Positions 1 to 11,000 of a DNA stretch of 43,011 nucleotides are shown piece after piece (the first letter of the stretch is position 1; each line of letters starts with the position of its first letter). Both the position numbers and the translations under genes were made by a program. Origin of the DNA: Utricularia gibba (taxonomy: Eukaryota > Plantae > Magnoliophyta). The stretch spans positions 1 to 43,011 of the forward strand of contig NEEC01000311.1 in the NCBI GenBank assembly GCA_002189035.1. Direction: 5' to 3'. The notes under the pieces were generated by a model. The model searched no databases. It saw only the letters and a program-made list of their open reading frames with translations, and was not told the DNA's origin.

Positions 1-3000
1 TTATTAGGCTGCCTACATAGTTTTCAAGGAAAAGCTTGTCGTTTCTGGGCGGGTGATGTCGTTGGAACTTCGTTCGGACCCAAGGTTCGTCTGACTCCTT
101 TGCCACATCGGGTCCTACTCGACGAAAATCGTGATGCAGTTATTGAAGTTAGGATGTCATGAGCACCAAAATGGTTTTCTCAACCGCATGCTTTATATTT
201 GAGGAGGCGCTCTCGTGGGGCAACGGTATCGAGCAGGAGGTCGAGTCGAGCTCGGGCCCAGAGTCATTTGTAGCCGACAAAAATATTGATGCATTTATTA
301 ACGTTCGGGCTATTAGGCTGCCTACATAGTTTTCTCAAGGAAAAGCTTGTCGTTTCTGGCGGGTGATGTCGTTGGGAACTTCGTTCGGACCCAAGGTTCT
401 GACTGACTCCTTTGCCACATCGGGTCCTACTCGACGAAAATCGTGATGCAGTTATTGAAGTTAGGATGTCATGAGCACCCAAAATGGTTTTCTCAACCGC
501 ATGCTTTATATTTGAGGAGGCGCTCTCGTGGGGCAACGGTATCGAGCAGGAGGTCGAGTCGAGCTCGGGCCCATAGTCATTTGTAGCTCGGCAAAAAACT
601 TGATGCATTTATTAACGTTGGTTTTAATAGGCTGCCTCAATGGTTTTCTCAAGGAAAAGCTTGTCGTTTTGGGCGGGTGATGTCGTTGTGAACTTCGTTC
701 TGACCCAAGGTTCGGTCTGTCTCCTTTGCCAAATCTGGTCCTACTCGACGAAAATCGTGATGCAGTTATTGAAGTTAGGATTTCATGAGCACCCAAAATG
801 CTTTTGTCAATCGCATGCTTTGTAGTTGAGGAGGCGCTCTAGTGGGGCAACGGTATCGGGCAAAAGGTCGAGTCGGGCTCGCTCCCAGAGTCATTTGTAG
901 CCCGACAAAAAAATATTGATGCATTTATTAACGTTCGGCTATTAGGCTGCCTACATAGTTTCTCAAGGAAAAGCTTGTCGTTTCTGGCGGGTGATGTCGT
1001 TGGGAACTTCGTTCGGACCCAAGGTTCTGACTGACTCCTTTGCCACATCGGGTCCTACTCGACGAAAATCGTGATGCAGTTATTGAAGTTAGGATGTCAT
1101 GAGCACCCAAAATGGTTTTCTCAACCGCATGCTTTATATTTGATAAGGCTCTCGTGGGGCAACGGTATCGAGTAGGAGGTCGAGTCGAGCTCGGGCCCAT
1201 AGTCATTTGTAGCTCGGCAAAAAACTTGATGCATTAATTAACGTTGGGTTTAATAGGCTGCCTACATGTTTTCTCAAGGAAAAGCTTGTCGTTTCTGCGC
1301 GGGTGATGTCGTTGGGAACTTCGTTCGGACCCAAGGTTCTGTCTGACTCCTTTGCCACATCGGGTCCTACTCGACGAAAATCGTGATGCAGTTATTGAAG
1401 TTAGGATTTCATGAGCACCCAAAATGGTTTTCTCAACCGCATGCTTTATATTTGATAAGGTGCTCTCGTGGGGCAACGGTATCGAGTAGGAGGTCGAGTC
1501 GAGCTCGGGCCCATAGTCATTTGTAGCTCGGCAAAAACTTGATGCATTTATTAACGTTGGTTTTAATAGGCTGCCTCAATGGTTTTCTCAAGGAAAAGCT
1601 TGTCGTTTTTGGGCGGGTGATGTCGTTGTGAACTTCGTTCTGACCCAAGGTTCGGTCTGTCTCCTTTGCCAAATCTGGTCCTACTCGACGAAAATCGTGA
1701 TGCAGTTATTGAAGTTAGGATTTCATGAGCACCCAAAATGCTTTTTTCAATCGCATGCTTTGTAGTTGAGGAGGCGCTCTAGTGGGGCACGGTATCGGGC
1801 AAAAGGTCGAGTCGGCTCGCTCCCAGAGTCATTTTTAGCCTGTCAAAAAAAGTGATGCATTTATTAACGTTGGGTTTTAATAGGCTGCCTACATGGTTCT
1901 CAAGGAAAAGCTTGTCGTTTCTGGGCGGGTGATGTCGTTGGGAACTTCGTTCGGACCCAAGGTTCGTCTGACTCCTTTGCCACATCGGGTCCTACTCGAC
2001 GAAAATCGTGATGCAGTTATTGAAGTTAGGATTTCATGAGCACCCAAAATGGTTTTCTCAACCGCATGCTTTATATTTGATAAGGTGCTCTCGTGGGGCA
2101 ACGGTATCGAGTAGGAGGTCGAGTCGAGCTCGGGCCCATAGTCATTTGTAGCTCGGCAAAAAACTTGATGCATTTATTAACGTTGGTTTTAATAGGCTGC
2201 CTCAATGGTTTTCTCAAGGAAAAGCTTGTCGTTTTTGGGCGGGTGATGTCGTTGTGAACTTCGTTCTGACCCAAGGTTCGGTCTGTCTCCTTTGCCAAAT
2301 CTGGTCCTACTCGACGAAAATCGTGATGCAGTTATTGAAGTTAGGATTTCATGAGCACCCAAAATGCTTTTTTCAATCGCATGCTTTGTAGTTGAGGAGG
2401 CGCTCTAGTGGGGCACGGTATCGGGCAAAAGGTCGAGTCGGGCTCGCTCCCAGAGTCATTTTTAGCCTGTCAAAAAAATGATGCATTTATTAACGTTGGG
2501 TTTTAATAGGCTGCCTACATGGTTTCTCAAGGAAAAGCTTGTCGTTTCTGGGCGGGTGATGTCGGAACTTCGTTCTGACCAAGGTTCGGTCTGACTCCTT
2601 TGCCACATCGGGTCCTACTCGACGAAAATCGTGATGCAGTTATTGAAGTTAGGATGTCATGAGCACCCAAAATGGTTTTCTCAACCGCATGCTTTATATT
2701 TGAGGAGGCGCTCTCGTGGGGCAACGGTATCGAGTAGGAGGTCGAGTCGAGCTCGGGCCCATAGTCATTTGTAGCTCGGCAAAAAACTTGATGCATTAAT
2801 TAACGTTGGGTTTTAATAGAACGCCTACATTGTTTTCTCAAGGAAAAGCTTGTCGTTTTTGGGCGGGTGATTTCGTTGTGAACTTCGTTCTGACCCAACG
2901 TTCGGTCTGACTCCTTTGCCACATCGGGTCCTACTCGACGAAAATCGTGATGCACTTATTAAGTTAGGATGTCAGGAGCACCCAAAATGGTTTTCTCAAC

Positions 3001-4051
3001 CGCATGCTTTATATTTGATAAGGTGCTCTCGTGGGGCAACGGTATCGAGTAGGAGGTCGAGTCGAGCTCGGGCCCATAGTCATTTGTAGCTCGGAAAAAA
3101 AAATTGATGCATTTATTAACGTTTGGTTTAATAGGCTGCCTCAATGGTTTTCACAAGGAAAAGCTTGTCGTTTTTGGGCGGGTGATGTCGTTGTGAACTT
3201 CGTTCTGACCATAGGTTCGGTCTGACTCCTTTGCCACATCGGGTCCTACTCGACGAAAATCGTGATGCAGTTATTGAAGTTAGGATATCATGAGCACCCA
3301 AAATGGTTTTCTCAACCGCATGCTTTATATTTGATAAGGCGCTCTCGTGGGGCAACGGTATCGAGCAGGAGGTCGAGTCGAGCTCGGGCCCAGAGTCATT
3401 TGTAGCCAAAAAAATTGATGCATTTATTAACGTTCGGCGCTATTAGCTGCCTACATAGTTTCTCAAGGAAAAGCTTGTTTTGAAGTTAGGAAAAACTTCG
3501 TTCGACCAAGGTTCTGTCTGACTCCTTTGCCACATCGGGTCCTACTCGACGAAAATCGTGATGCAGTTATTGAAGTTAGGATGTCATGAGCACCCAAAAT
3601 GGTTTTCTCAACCGCATGCTTTATATTTGAGGAGGCGCTCTCGTGGGGCAACGGTATCGAGCAGGAGGTCGAGTCGAGCTCGGGCCCGAGTCATTTGTAG
3701 CCCGACAAAAAATTGATGCATTTATTAACGTTCGGCTCTTATTAGGCTGCCTACATAGTTTTCTCAAGGAAAAGCTTGTCGTTTCTGGGCGGGTGATGTT
3801 GTTGGAACTTCGTTCGGACCCAAGGTTCGTCTGACTCCTTTGCCACATCGGGTCCTACTCGACGAAAATCGTGATGCAGTTATTGAAGTTAGGATGTCAT
3901 GAGCACCCAAAATGCTTTTTCTCAACCGCATGCTTTATATTTGATAGGCGCTCTCGTGGGCAACGGTATCGAGCAGGAGGTCGAGTCGAGCTCGGGCCCA
4001 GAGTCATTTGTAGCCCGACAAAAATATTGATGCATTTATTAACGTTCGGCG
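1..4051. repeat. 13-monomer higher-order repeat, copy 1
   Basis: Rare variants recur at ~4045 bp offset: AAATCTGG monomers with anchors 745/1685/2311 match 4794/5728/6357, the GATGTCAGGA monomer 2935 matches 6978, and the short scar monomer 3546 matches 7590. Confidence 0.88.
431..744. repeat. Representative single monomer (anchor to anchor, 314 bp)
   Basis: Runs from TCGACGAAAATCG at 431 to the base before the next anchor at 745. Contains one each of HindIII AAGCTT, NsiI ATGCAT, SphI GCATGC, BspHI TCATGA, SacI GAGCTC, ApaI GGGCCC and AclI AACGTT, as most monomers do. Confidence 0.95.
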
Positions 4052-7000
4052 CTATTAGGCTGCCTACATAGTTTCTCAAGGAAAAGCTTGTCGTTTCTGG
4101 CGGGTGATGTCGTTGGGAACTTCGTTCGGACCCAAGGTTCTGTCTGACTCCTTTGCCACATCGGGTCCTACTCGACGAAAATCGTGATGCAGTTATTGAA
4201 GTTAGGATGTCATGAGCACCCAAAATGGTTTTCTCAACCGCATGCTTTATATTTGAGGAGGCGCTCTCGTGGGGCAACGGTATCGAGCAGGAGGTCGAGT
4301 CGAGCTCGGGCCCAGAGTCATTTGTAGCCGACAAAAATATTGATGCATTTTTAACGTTCGGTATTAGGCTGCCTACATAGTTTCTCAAGGAAAAGCTTGT
4401 CGTTTCTGGCGGTGATGTCGTTGGAACTTCGTTCGGACCCAAGGTTCTGACTGACTCCTTTGCCACATCGGGTCCTACTCGACGAAAATCGTGATGCAGT
4501 TATTGAAGTTAGGATGTCATGAGCACCCAAAATGGTTTTCTCAACCGCATGCTTTATATTTGAGGAGGCGCTCTCGTGGGGCAACGGTATCGAGCAGGAG
4601 GTCGAGTCGAGCTCGGGCCCATAGTCATTTGTAGCTCGGCAAAAAACTTGATGCATTTATTAACGTTGGTTTTAATAGGCTGCCTCAATGTTTTTCTCAA
4701 GGAAAAGCTTGTCGTTTTTGGGCGGGTGATGTCGTTGTGAACTTCGTTCTGACCCAAGGTTCGGTCTGTCTCCTTTGCCAAATCTGGTCCTACTCGACGA
4801 AAATCGTGATGCAGTTATTGAAGTTAGGATTTCATGAGCACCCAAAATGCTTTTGTCAATCGCATGCTTTGTAGTTGAGGAGGCGCTCTGGGGCACGGTA
4901 TCGGCAAAAGGTCGAGTCGAGCTCGCTCCCAGAGTCATTTGTAGCCGACAAAAATATTGATGCATTTATTAACGTTCGGCGCTATAGGCTGCCTACATAG
5001 TTTCTCAAGGAAAAGCTTATCGTTTCTGGCGGTGATGTCGTTGGGAACTTCGTTCGGACCCAAGGTTCTGTCTGACTCCTTTGCCACATCGGGTCCTACT
5101 CGACGAAAATCGTGATGCAGTTATTGAAGTTAGGATGTCATGAGCACCCAAAATGGTTTTCTCAACCGCATGCTTTATATTTGAGGAGGCGCTCTCGTGG
5201 GGCAACGGTATCGAGTAGGAGGTCGAGTCGAGCTCGGGCCCATAGTCATTTGTAGCTCGGCAAAAACTTGATGCATTAATTAACGTTGGGTTTTAATAGA
5301 ACGCCTACATTGTTTTCTCAAGGAAAAGCTTGTCGTTTCTGGCGGGTGATGTCGTTGGAACTTCGTTCGGACCCAAGGTTCGTCTGACTCCTTTGCCACA
5401 TCGGGTCCTACTCGACGAAAATCGTGATGCAGTTATTGAAGTTAGGATTTCATGAGCACCCAAAATGGTTTTCTCAACCGCATGCTTTATATTTGATAAG
5501 GTGCTCTCGTGGGGCAACGGTATCGAGTAGGAGGTCGAGTCGAGCTCGGGCCCATAGTCATTTGTAGCTCGGCAAAAAACTTGATGCATTTATTAACGGT
5601 TGGTTTTAATAGGCTGCCTCAATGGTTTTCTCAAGGAAAAGCTTGTCGTTTTTGGGCGGGTGATGTCGTTGTGAACTTCGTTCTGACCCAAGGTTCGGTC
5701 TGTCTCCTTTGCCAAATCTGGTCCTACTCGACGAAAATCGTGATGCAGTTATTGAAGTTAGGATTTCATGAGCACCCAAAATGCTTTTTTCAATCGCATG
5801 CTTTGTAGTTGAGGAGGCGCTCTAGTGGGGCAACGGTATCGGGCAAAAGGTCGAGTCGGGCTCGCTCCCAGAGTCATTTTTAGCCGTCAAAAAAAGTGAT
5901 GCATTTATTAACGTTGGGTTTTAATAGGCTACCTACATGGTCCTCAAGGAAAAGCTTGTCGTTTCTGCGCGGGTGATGTCGTTGGGAACTTCGTTCGGAC
6001 CCAAGGTTCTGTCTGACTCCTTTGCCACATCGGGTCCTACTCGACGAAAATCGTGATGCAGTTATTGAAGTTAGGATTTCATGAGCACCCAAAATGGTTT
6101 TCTCAACCGCATGCTTTATATTTGATAAGGTGCTCTCGTGGGGCAACGGTATCGAGTAGGAGGTCGAGTCGAGCTCGGGCCCATAGTCATTTGTAGCTCG
6201 GCAAAAAACTTGATGCATTTATTAACGGTTGGTTTTAATAGGCTGCCTCAATGGTTTTCTCAAGGAAAAGCTTGTCGTTTTTGGGCGGGTGATGTCGTTG
6301 TGAACTTCGTTCTGACCCAAGGTTCGGTCTGTCTCCTTTGCCAAATCTGGTCCTACTCGACGAAAATCGTGATGCAGTTATTGAAGTTAGGATTTCATGA
6401 GCACCCAAAATGCTTTTTTCAATCGCATGCTTTGTAGTTGAGGAGGCGCTCTAGTGGGGCACGGTATCGGCAAAGGTCGAGTCGGGCTCGCTCCCAGAGT
6501 CATTTTTAGCCCAAAAAAAATGATGCATTTATTAACGTTGGGTTTAATAGGCTGCCTACATGGTTTCTCAAGGAAAAGCTTGTCGTTTCTGGGCGGGTGA
6601 TGTCTTTTGGAACTTCGTTCTGACCAAGGTTCGGTCTGACTCCTTTGCCACATCGGGTCCTACTCGACGAAAATCGTGATGCAGTTATTGAAGTTAGGAT
6701 GTCATGAGCACCCAAAATGGTTTTCTCAACCGCATGCTTTATATTTGAGGAGGCGCTCTCGTGGGGCAACGGTATCGAGTAGGAGGTCGAGTCGAGCTCG
6801 GGCCCATAGTCATTTGTAGCTCGGCAAAAAACTTGATGCATTATTAACGTTGGGTTTTAATAGAACGCCTACATTGTTTTCTCAAGGAAAAGCTTGTCGT
6901 TTTTGGGCGGGTGATTTCGTTGTGAACTTCGTTCTGACCCAAGTTCGGTCTGACTCCTTTGCCACATCGGGTCCTACTCGACGAAAATCGTGATGCAGTT

Positions 7001-8095
7001 ATTAAGTTAGGATGTCAGGAGCACCCAAAATGGTTTTCTCAACCGCATGCTTTATATTGATAAGGTGCTCTCGTGGGGCAACGGTATCGAGTAGGAGGTC
7101 GAGTCGAGCTCGGGCCCATAGTCATTTGTAGCTCGGAAAAAAAATTGATGCATTTATTAACGTTTGGTTTTAATAGGCTGCCTCAATGGTTTTCTCAAGG
7201 AAAAGCTTGTCGTTTTTGGGCGGGTGATGTCGTTGTGAACTTCGTTCTGACCAAGGTTCGGTCTGACTCCTTTGCCACATCGGGTCCTACTCGACGAAAA
7301 TCGTGATGCAGTTATTGAAGTTAGGATTCATGAGCACCCAAAATGGTTTTCTCAACCGCATGCTTTATATTTGATAAGGCGCTCTCGTGGGGCAACGGTA
7401 TCGAGCAGGAGGTCGAGTCGAGCTCGGGCCCAGAGTCATTTGTAGCCCGACAAAAAATTGATGCATTTATTAACGTTCGGCGCTATTAGCTGCCTACATA
7501 GTTTCTCAAGGAAAAGCTTGTTTTTGAAGTTAGGTAACTTCGTTCGGACCCAAGGTTCTGTCTGACTCCTTTGCCACATCGGGTCCTACTCGACGAAAAT
7601 CGTGATGCAGTTATTGAAGTTAGGATGTCATGAGCACCCAAAATGGTTTTCTCAACCGCATGCTTTATATTTGAGGAGGCGCTCTCGTGGGGCAACGGTA
7701 TCGAGCAGGAGGTCGAGTCGAGCTCGGGCCCAGAGTCATTTGTAGCCCGACAAAAATATTGATGCATTTATTAACGTTCGGCTCTATTAGGCTGCCTACA
7801 TAGTTTCTCAAGGAAAAGCTTGTCGTTTCTGGGCGGGTGATGTCGTTGGGAACTTCGTTCGACCCAAGGTTCTGTCTGACTCCTTTGCCACATCGGGTCC
7901 TACTCGACGAAAATCGTGATGCAGTTATTGAAGTTAGGATGTCATGAGCACCCAAAATGCTTTTCTCAACCGCATGCTTTATATTTGATAGGCGCTCTCG
8001 TGGGGCAACGGTATCGAGCAGGAGGTCGAGTCGAGCTCGGGCCCAGAGTCATTTGTAGCCCGACAAAAAATTGATGCATTTATTAACGTTCGGCG
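4052..8095. repeat. 13-monomer higher-order repeat, copy 2
   Basis: Same ordered set of diagnostic monomers as 1-4051, including the TTGAAGTTAGG replacement scar (7522-7535 vs 3479-3493). Confidence 0.88.
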
Positions 8096-11000
8096 CTATT
8101 AGGCTGCCTACATGTTTCTCAAGGAAAAGCTTGTCGTTTTGGCGGGTGATGTCGTTGGGAACTTCGTTCGGACCCAAGGTTCTGTCTGACTCCTTTGCCA
8201 CATCGGTCCTACTCGACGAAAATCGTGATGCAGTTATTGAAGTTAGGATGTCATGAGCACCCAAAATGGTTTTCTCAACCGCATGCTTTATATTTGAGGA
8301 GGCGCTCTCGTGGGGCAACGGTATCGAGCAGGAGGTCGAGTCGAGCTCGGGCCCAGAGTCATTTGTAGCCCGACAAAAATATTGATGCATTTATTAACGT
8401 TCGGCTCTATTAGGCTGCCTACATAGTTTCTCAAGGAAAAGCTTGTCGTTTCTGGGCGGGTGATGTCGTTGGGAACTTCGTTCGGACCCAAGGTTCTTCT
8501 GACTCCTTTGCCACATCGGGTCCTACTCGACGAAAATCGTGATGCAGTTATTGAAGTTAGGATGTCATGAGCACCCAAAATGGTTTTCTCAACCGCATGC
8601 TTTATATTTGATAAGGTGCTCTCGTGGGCAACGGTATCGAGCAGGAGGTCGAGTCGAGCTCGGGCCCATAGTCATTTGTAGCTCGGCAAAAAACTTGATG
8701 CATTTATTAACGGTTGGTTTTAATAGGCTGCCAATGGTTTCTCAAGGAAAAGCTTGTCGTTTTTGGGCGGGTGATGTCGTTGTGAACTTCGTTTCTGACC
8801 CAAGGTTCGGTCTGTCTCCTTTGCCAAATCTGGTCCTACTCGACGAAAATCGTGATGCAGTTATTGAAGTTAGGATTTCATGAGCACCCAAAATGCTTTT
8901 CTCAACGCATGCTTTGTATTTGAGGAGGCGCTCTCGTGGGGCAACGGTATCGAGCAGGAGGTCGAGTCGAGCTCGGGCCCAGAGTCATTTGTAGCCCGAC
9001 AAAAATATTGATGCATTTATTAACGTTCGGCGCTATTAGGCTGCCTACATAGTTTTTCTCAAGGAAAAGCTTATCGTTTCTGGGCGGGTGATGTCGTTGG
9101 GAACTTCGTTCGGACCAAGGTTCTGTCTGACTCCTTTGCCACATCGGGTCCTACTCGACGAAAATCGTGATGCAGTTATTGAAGTTAGGATGTCATGAGC
9201 ACCCAAAATGGTTTTCTCAACCGCATGCTTTATATTTGAGGAGGCGCTCTCGTGGGGCAACGGTATCGAGTTGGAGGTCGAGTCGAGCTCGGGCCATAGT
9301 CATTTGTAGCTCGGCAAAAAACTTGATGCATTATTAACGTTGGGTTTTAATAGAACGCCTACATTGTTTTTCTCAGGAAAAGCTTCGTTTTTGGGCGGGT
9401 GATTTCGTTGTGAACTTCGTTCTGACCAACAATTCGGTCTGACTCCTTTGCCACATCGGGTCCTACTCGACGAAAATCGTGATGCAGTTATTGAAGTTAG
9501 GATGTCAGGAGCACCCAAAATGGTTTTCTCAACCGCATGCTTTATATTTGATAAGGTGCTCTCGTGGGGCAACGGTATCGAGTAGGAGGTCGAGTCGAGC
9601 TCGGGCCCATAGTCATTTGTAGCTCAGCAAAAAACTTGATGCATTTATTAACGGTTGGTTTTAATAGGCCGCCTAAATGGTTTTCTCAAAAAAGCTTGTC
9701 GTTTTTGGCGGTGATGTCGTTGTGAACTTCGTTCTGACCATAGGTTCGTCTGACTCCTTTGCCACATCGGGTCCTACTCGACGAAAATCGTGATGCAGTT
9801 ATTGAAGTTAGGATGTCATGAGCACCCAAAGTGGTTTTCTCAACCGCATGCTTTATTTTGAGGAGGCGCTCTCGTGGGGCAACGGTATCGAGCAGGAGGT
9901 CGAGTCGAGCTCGGGCCCAGAGTCATTTGTAGCCCGACAAAAATATTGATGCATTTATTAACGTTCGGCGCTATTAGGCTGCCTACATAGTTTCTCAAGA
10001 AAAGCTTGTCGTTTCTGCGCGGGTGATGTCGTTGGAACTTCGTTCGGACCCAAGGTTCTGTCTGACTCCTTTGCCACATCGGGTCCTACTCAACGAAAAT
10101 CGTGATGCAGTTATTGAAGTTAGGATGTCATGAGCACCCAAAATGGTTTTCTCAACCGCATGCTTTATATTTGAGGAGGCGCTCTCGTGGGGCAACGGTA
10201 TCGAGCAGGAGGTCGAGTCGAGCTCGGGCCCATAGTCATTTGTAGCTCGGCAAAAAATTTGATGCATTTATTAACGGTTGGTTTTAATAGGCCGCCTAAT
10301 GGTTTTCTCATGGAAAAGCTTGTTGTTTTTGGGCGGGTGATGTCGTTGTGAACTTCGTTGTGACCCAAGGTTCGGTCTGTCACTTTGCCAAATCTGGTCC
10401 TACTCGACGAAAATCGTGATGCAGTTATTGAAGTTAGGATTTCATGAGAACCCAAAAGGGTTTTCTCAACCGCGTGCTTTATATTTGATAAGGCACTCGT
10501 GGGGCAACGGTATCGAGCAGGAGGTCGAGTCGAGCTCGGTCCCAGAGTCATTTGTAGCCCGACAAAAATATTGATGCATTTATTAACGTTCGGCGCTATT
10601 AGGCTGCCTACATAGTTTCTCAAGGAAAAGCTTGTCGTTTCTGCGCGGGTGATGTCGTTGGGAACTTCGTTCGGACCAAGGTTCTGTCTGACTCCTTTGC
10701 CACATCGGGTCCTACTCGACGAAAATCGTGATGCAGTTATTGAAGTTAGGATGTCATGAGCACCCAAAATGGTTTTCTCAACCGCATGCTTTATATTTGA
10801 GAGGGCGCTCTCGTGGGGCAACGGTATCGAGCAGGAGGTCGAGTCGAGCTCGGGCCCATAGTCATTTGTAGCTCGGCAAAAAACTTGATGCATTTATTAA
10901 CGGTTGGTTTTAATAGGCTGCCTCAATGGTTTTCTCAAGGAAAAGCTTGTCGTTTTTGGGCGGGTGATGTCGTTGTGAACTTCGTTCTGACCCAAGGTTC

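Noticed and set aside
145-156. TTAGG telomere-like motifs (GAAGTTAGGA, TATTAGGCT)
   Set aside because: These are isolated single pentamers, never tandem, and expected by chance.
348-365. CENP-B-box-like motif TGTCGTTTCTGGCGGGT
   Set aside because: Only 7 of 9 core positions (TTCG....A..CGGG) match, and only in copies with GG rather than GGG, which may be a homopolymer error. This is chance-level similarity.
560-730. Tandem RNA gene unit (5S rDNA, tRNA-derived or spliced-leader array), suggested by the unit size and by TAGCTCGG and GGTTCG resembling Pol III A/B boxes
   Set aside because: No 5S rRNA sequence is recognisable. GGTTCGGTCTG does not fit GGTTCGANNCC, the two motifs are ~120 bp apart with no cloverleaf, and there is no convincing match to nematode, trypanosomatid or dinoflagellate leader sequences.
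431-744. Cluster of seven 6-bp palindromes per monomer as a regulatory or cruciform signal
   Set aside because: About 5 are expected by chance in 314 bp (1 per 64 positions). They are useful as restriction markers only.
1922-1943. G-quadruplex candidate GGGCGGGTGATGTCGTTGGG
   Set aside because: It has only three G3 tracts, and the third is lost in B-type (GTTGTG) and D-type (CTTTTGG) monomers, so it is neither canonical nor conserved.
10165-10893. Longest ORF (242 aa, minus strand), other long ORFs (3897-4466, 21744-22274, 29035-29583) and all remaining ORFs in the track
   Set aside because: All are translations of the same monomer. They switch reading frame relative to the monomer at 1-bp indels, show no frame-preserving selection and resemble no domain I recognise. 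They are by-products of stop-poor frames in a ~49% GC repeat.
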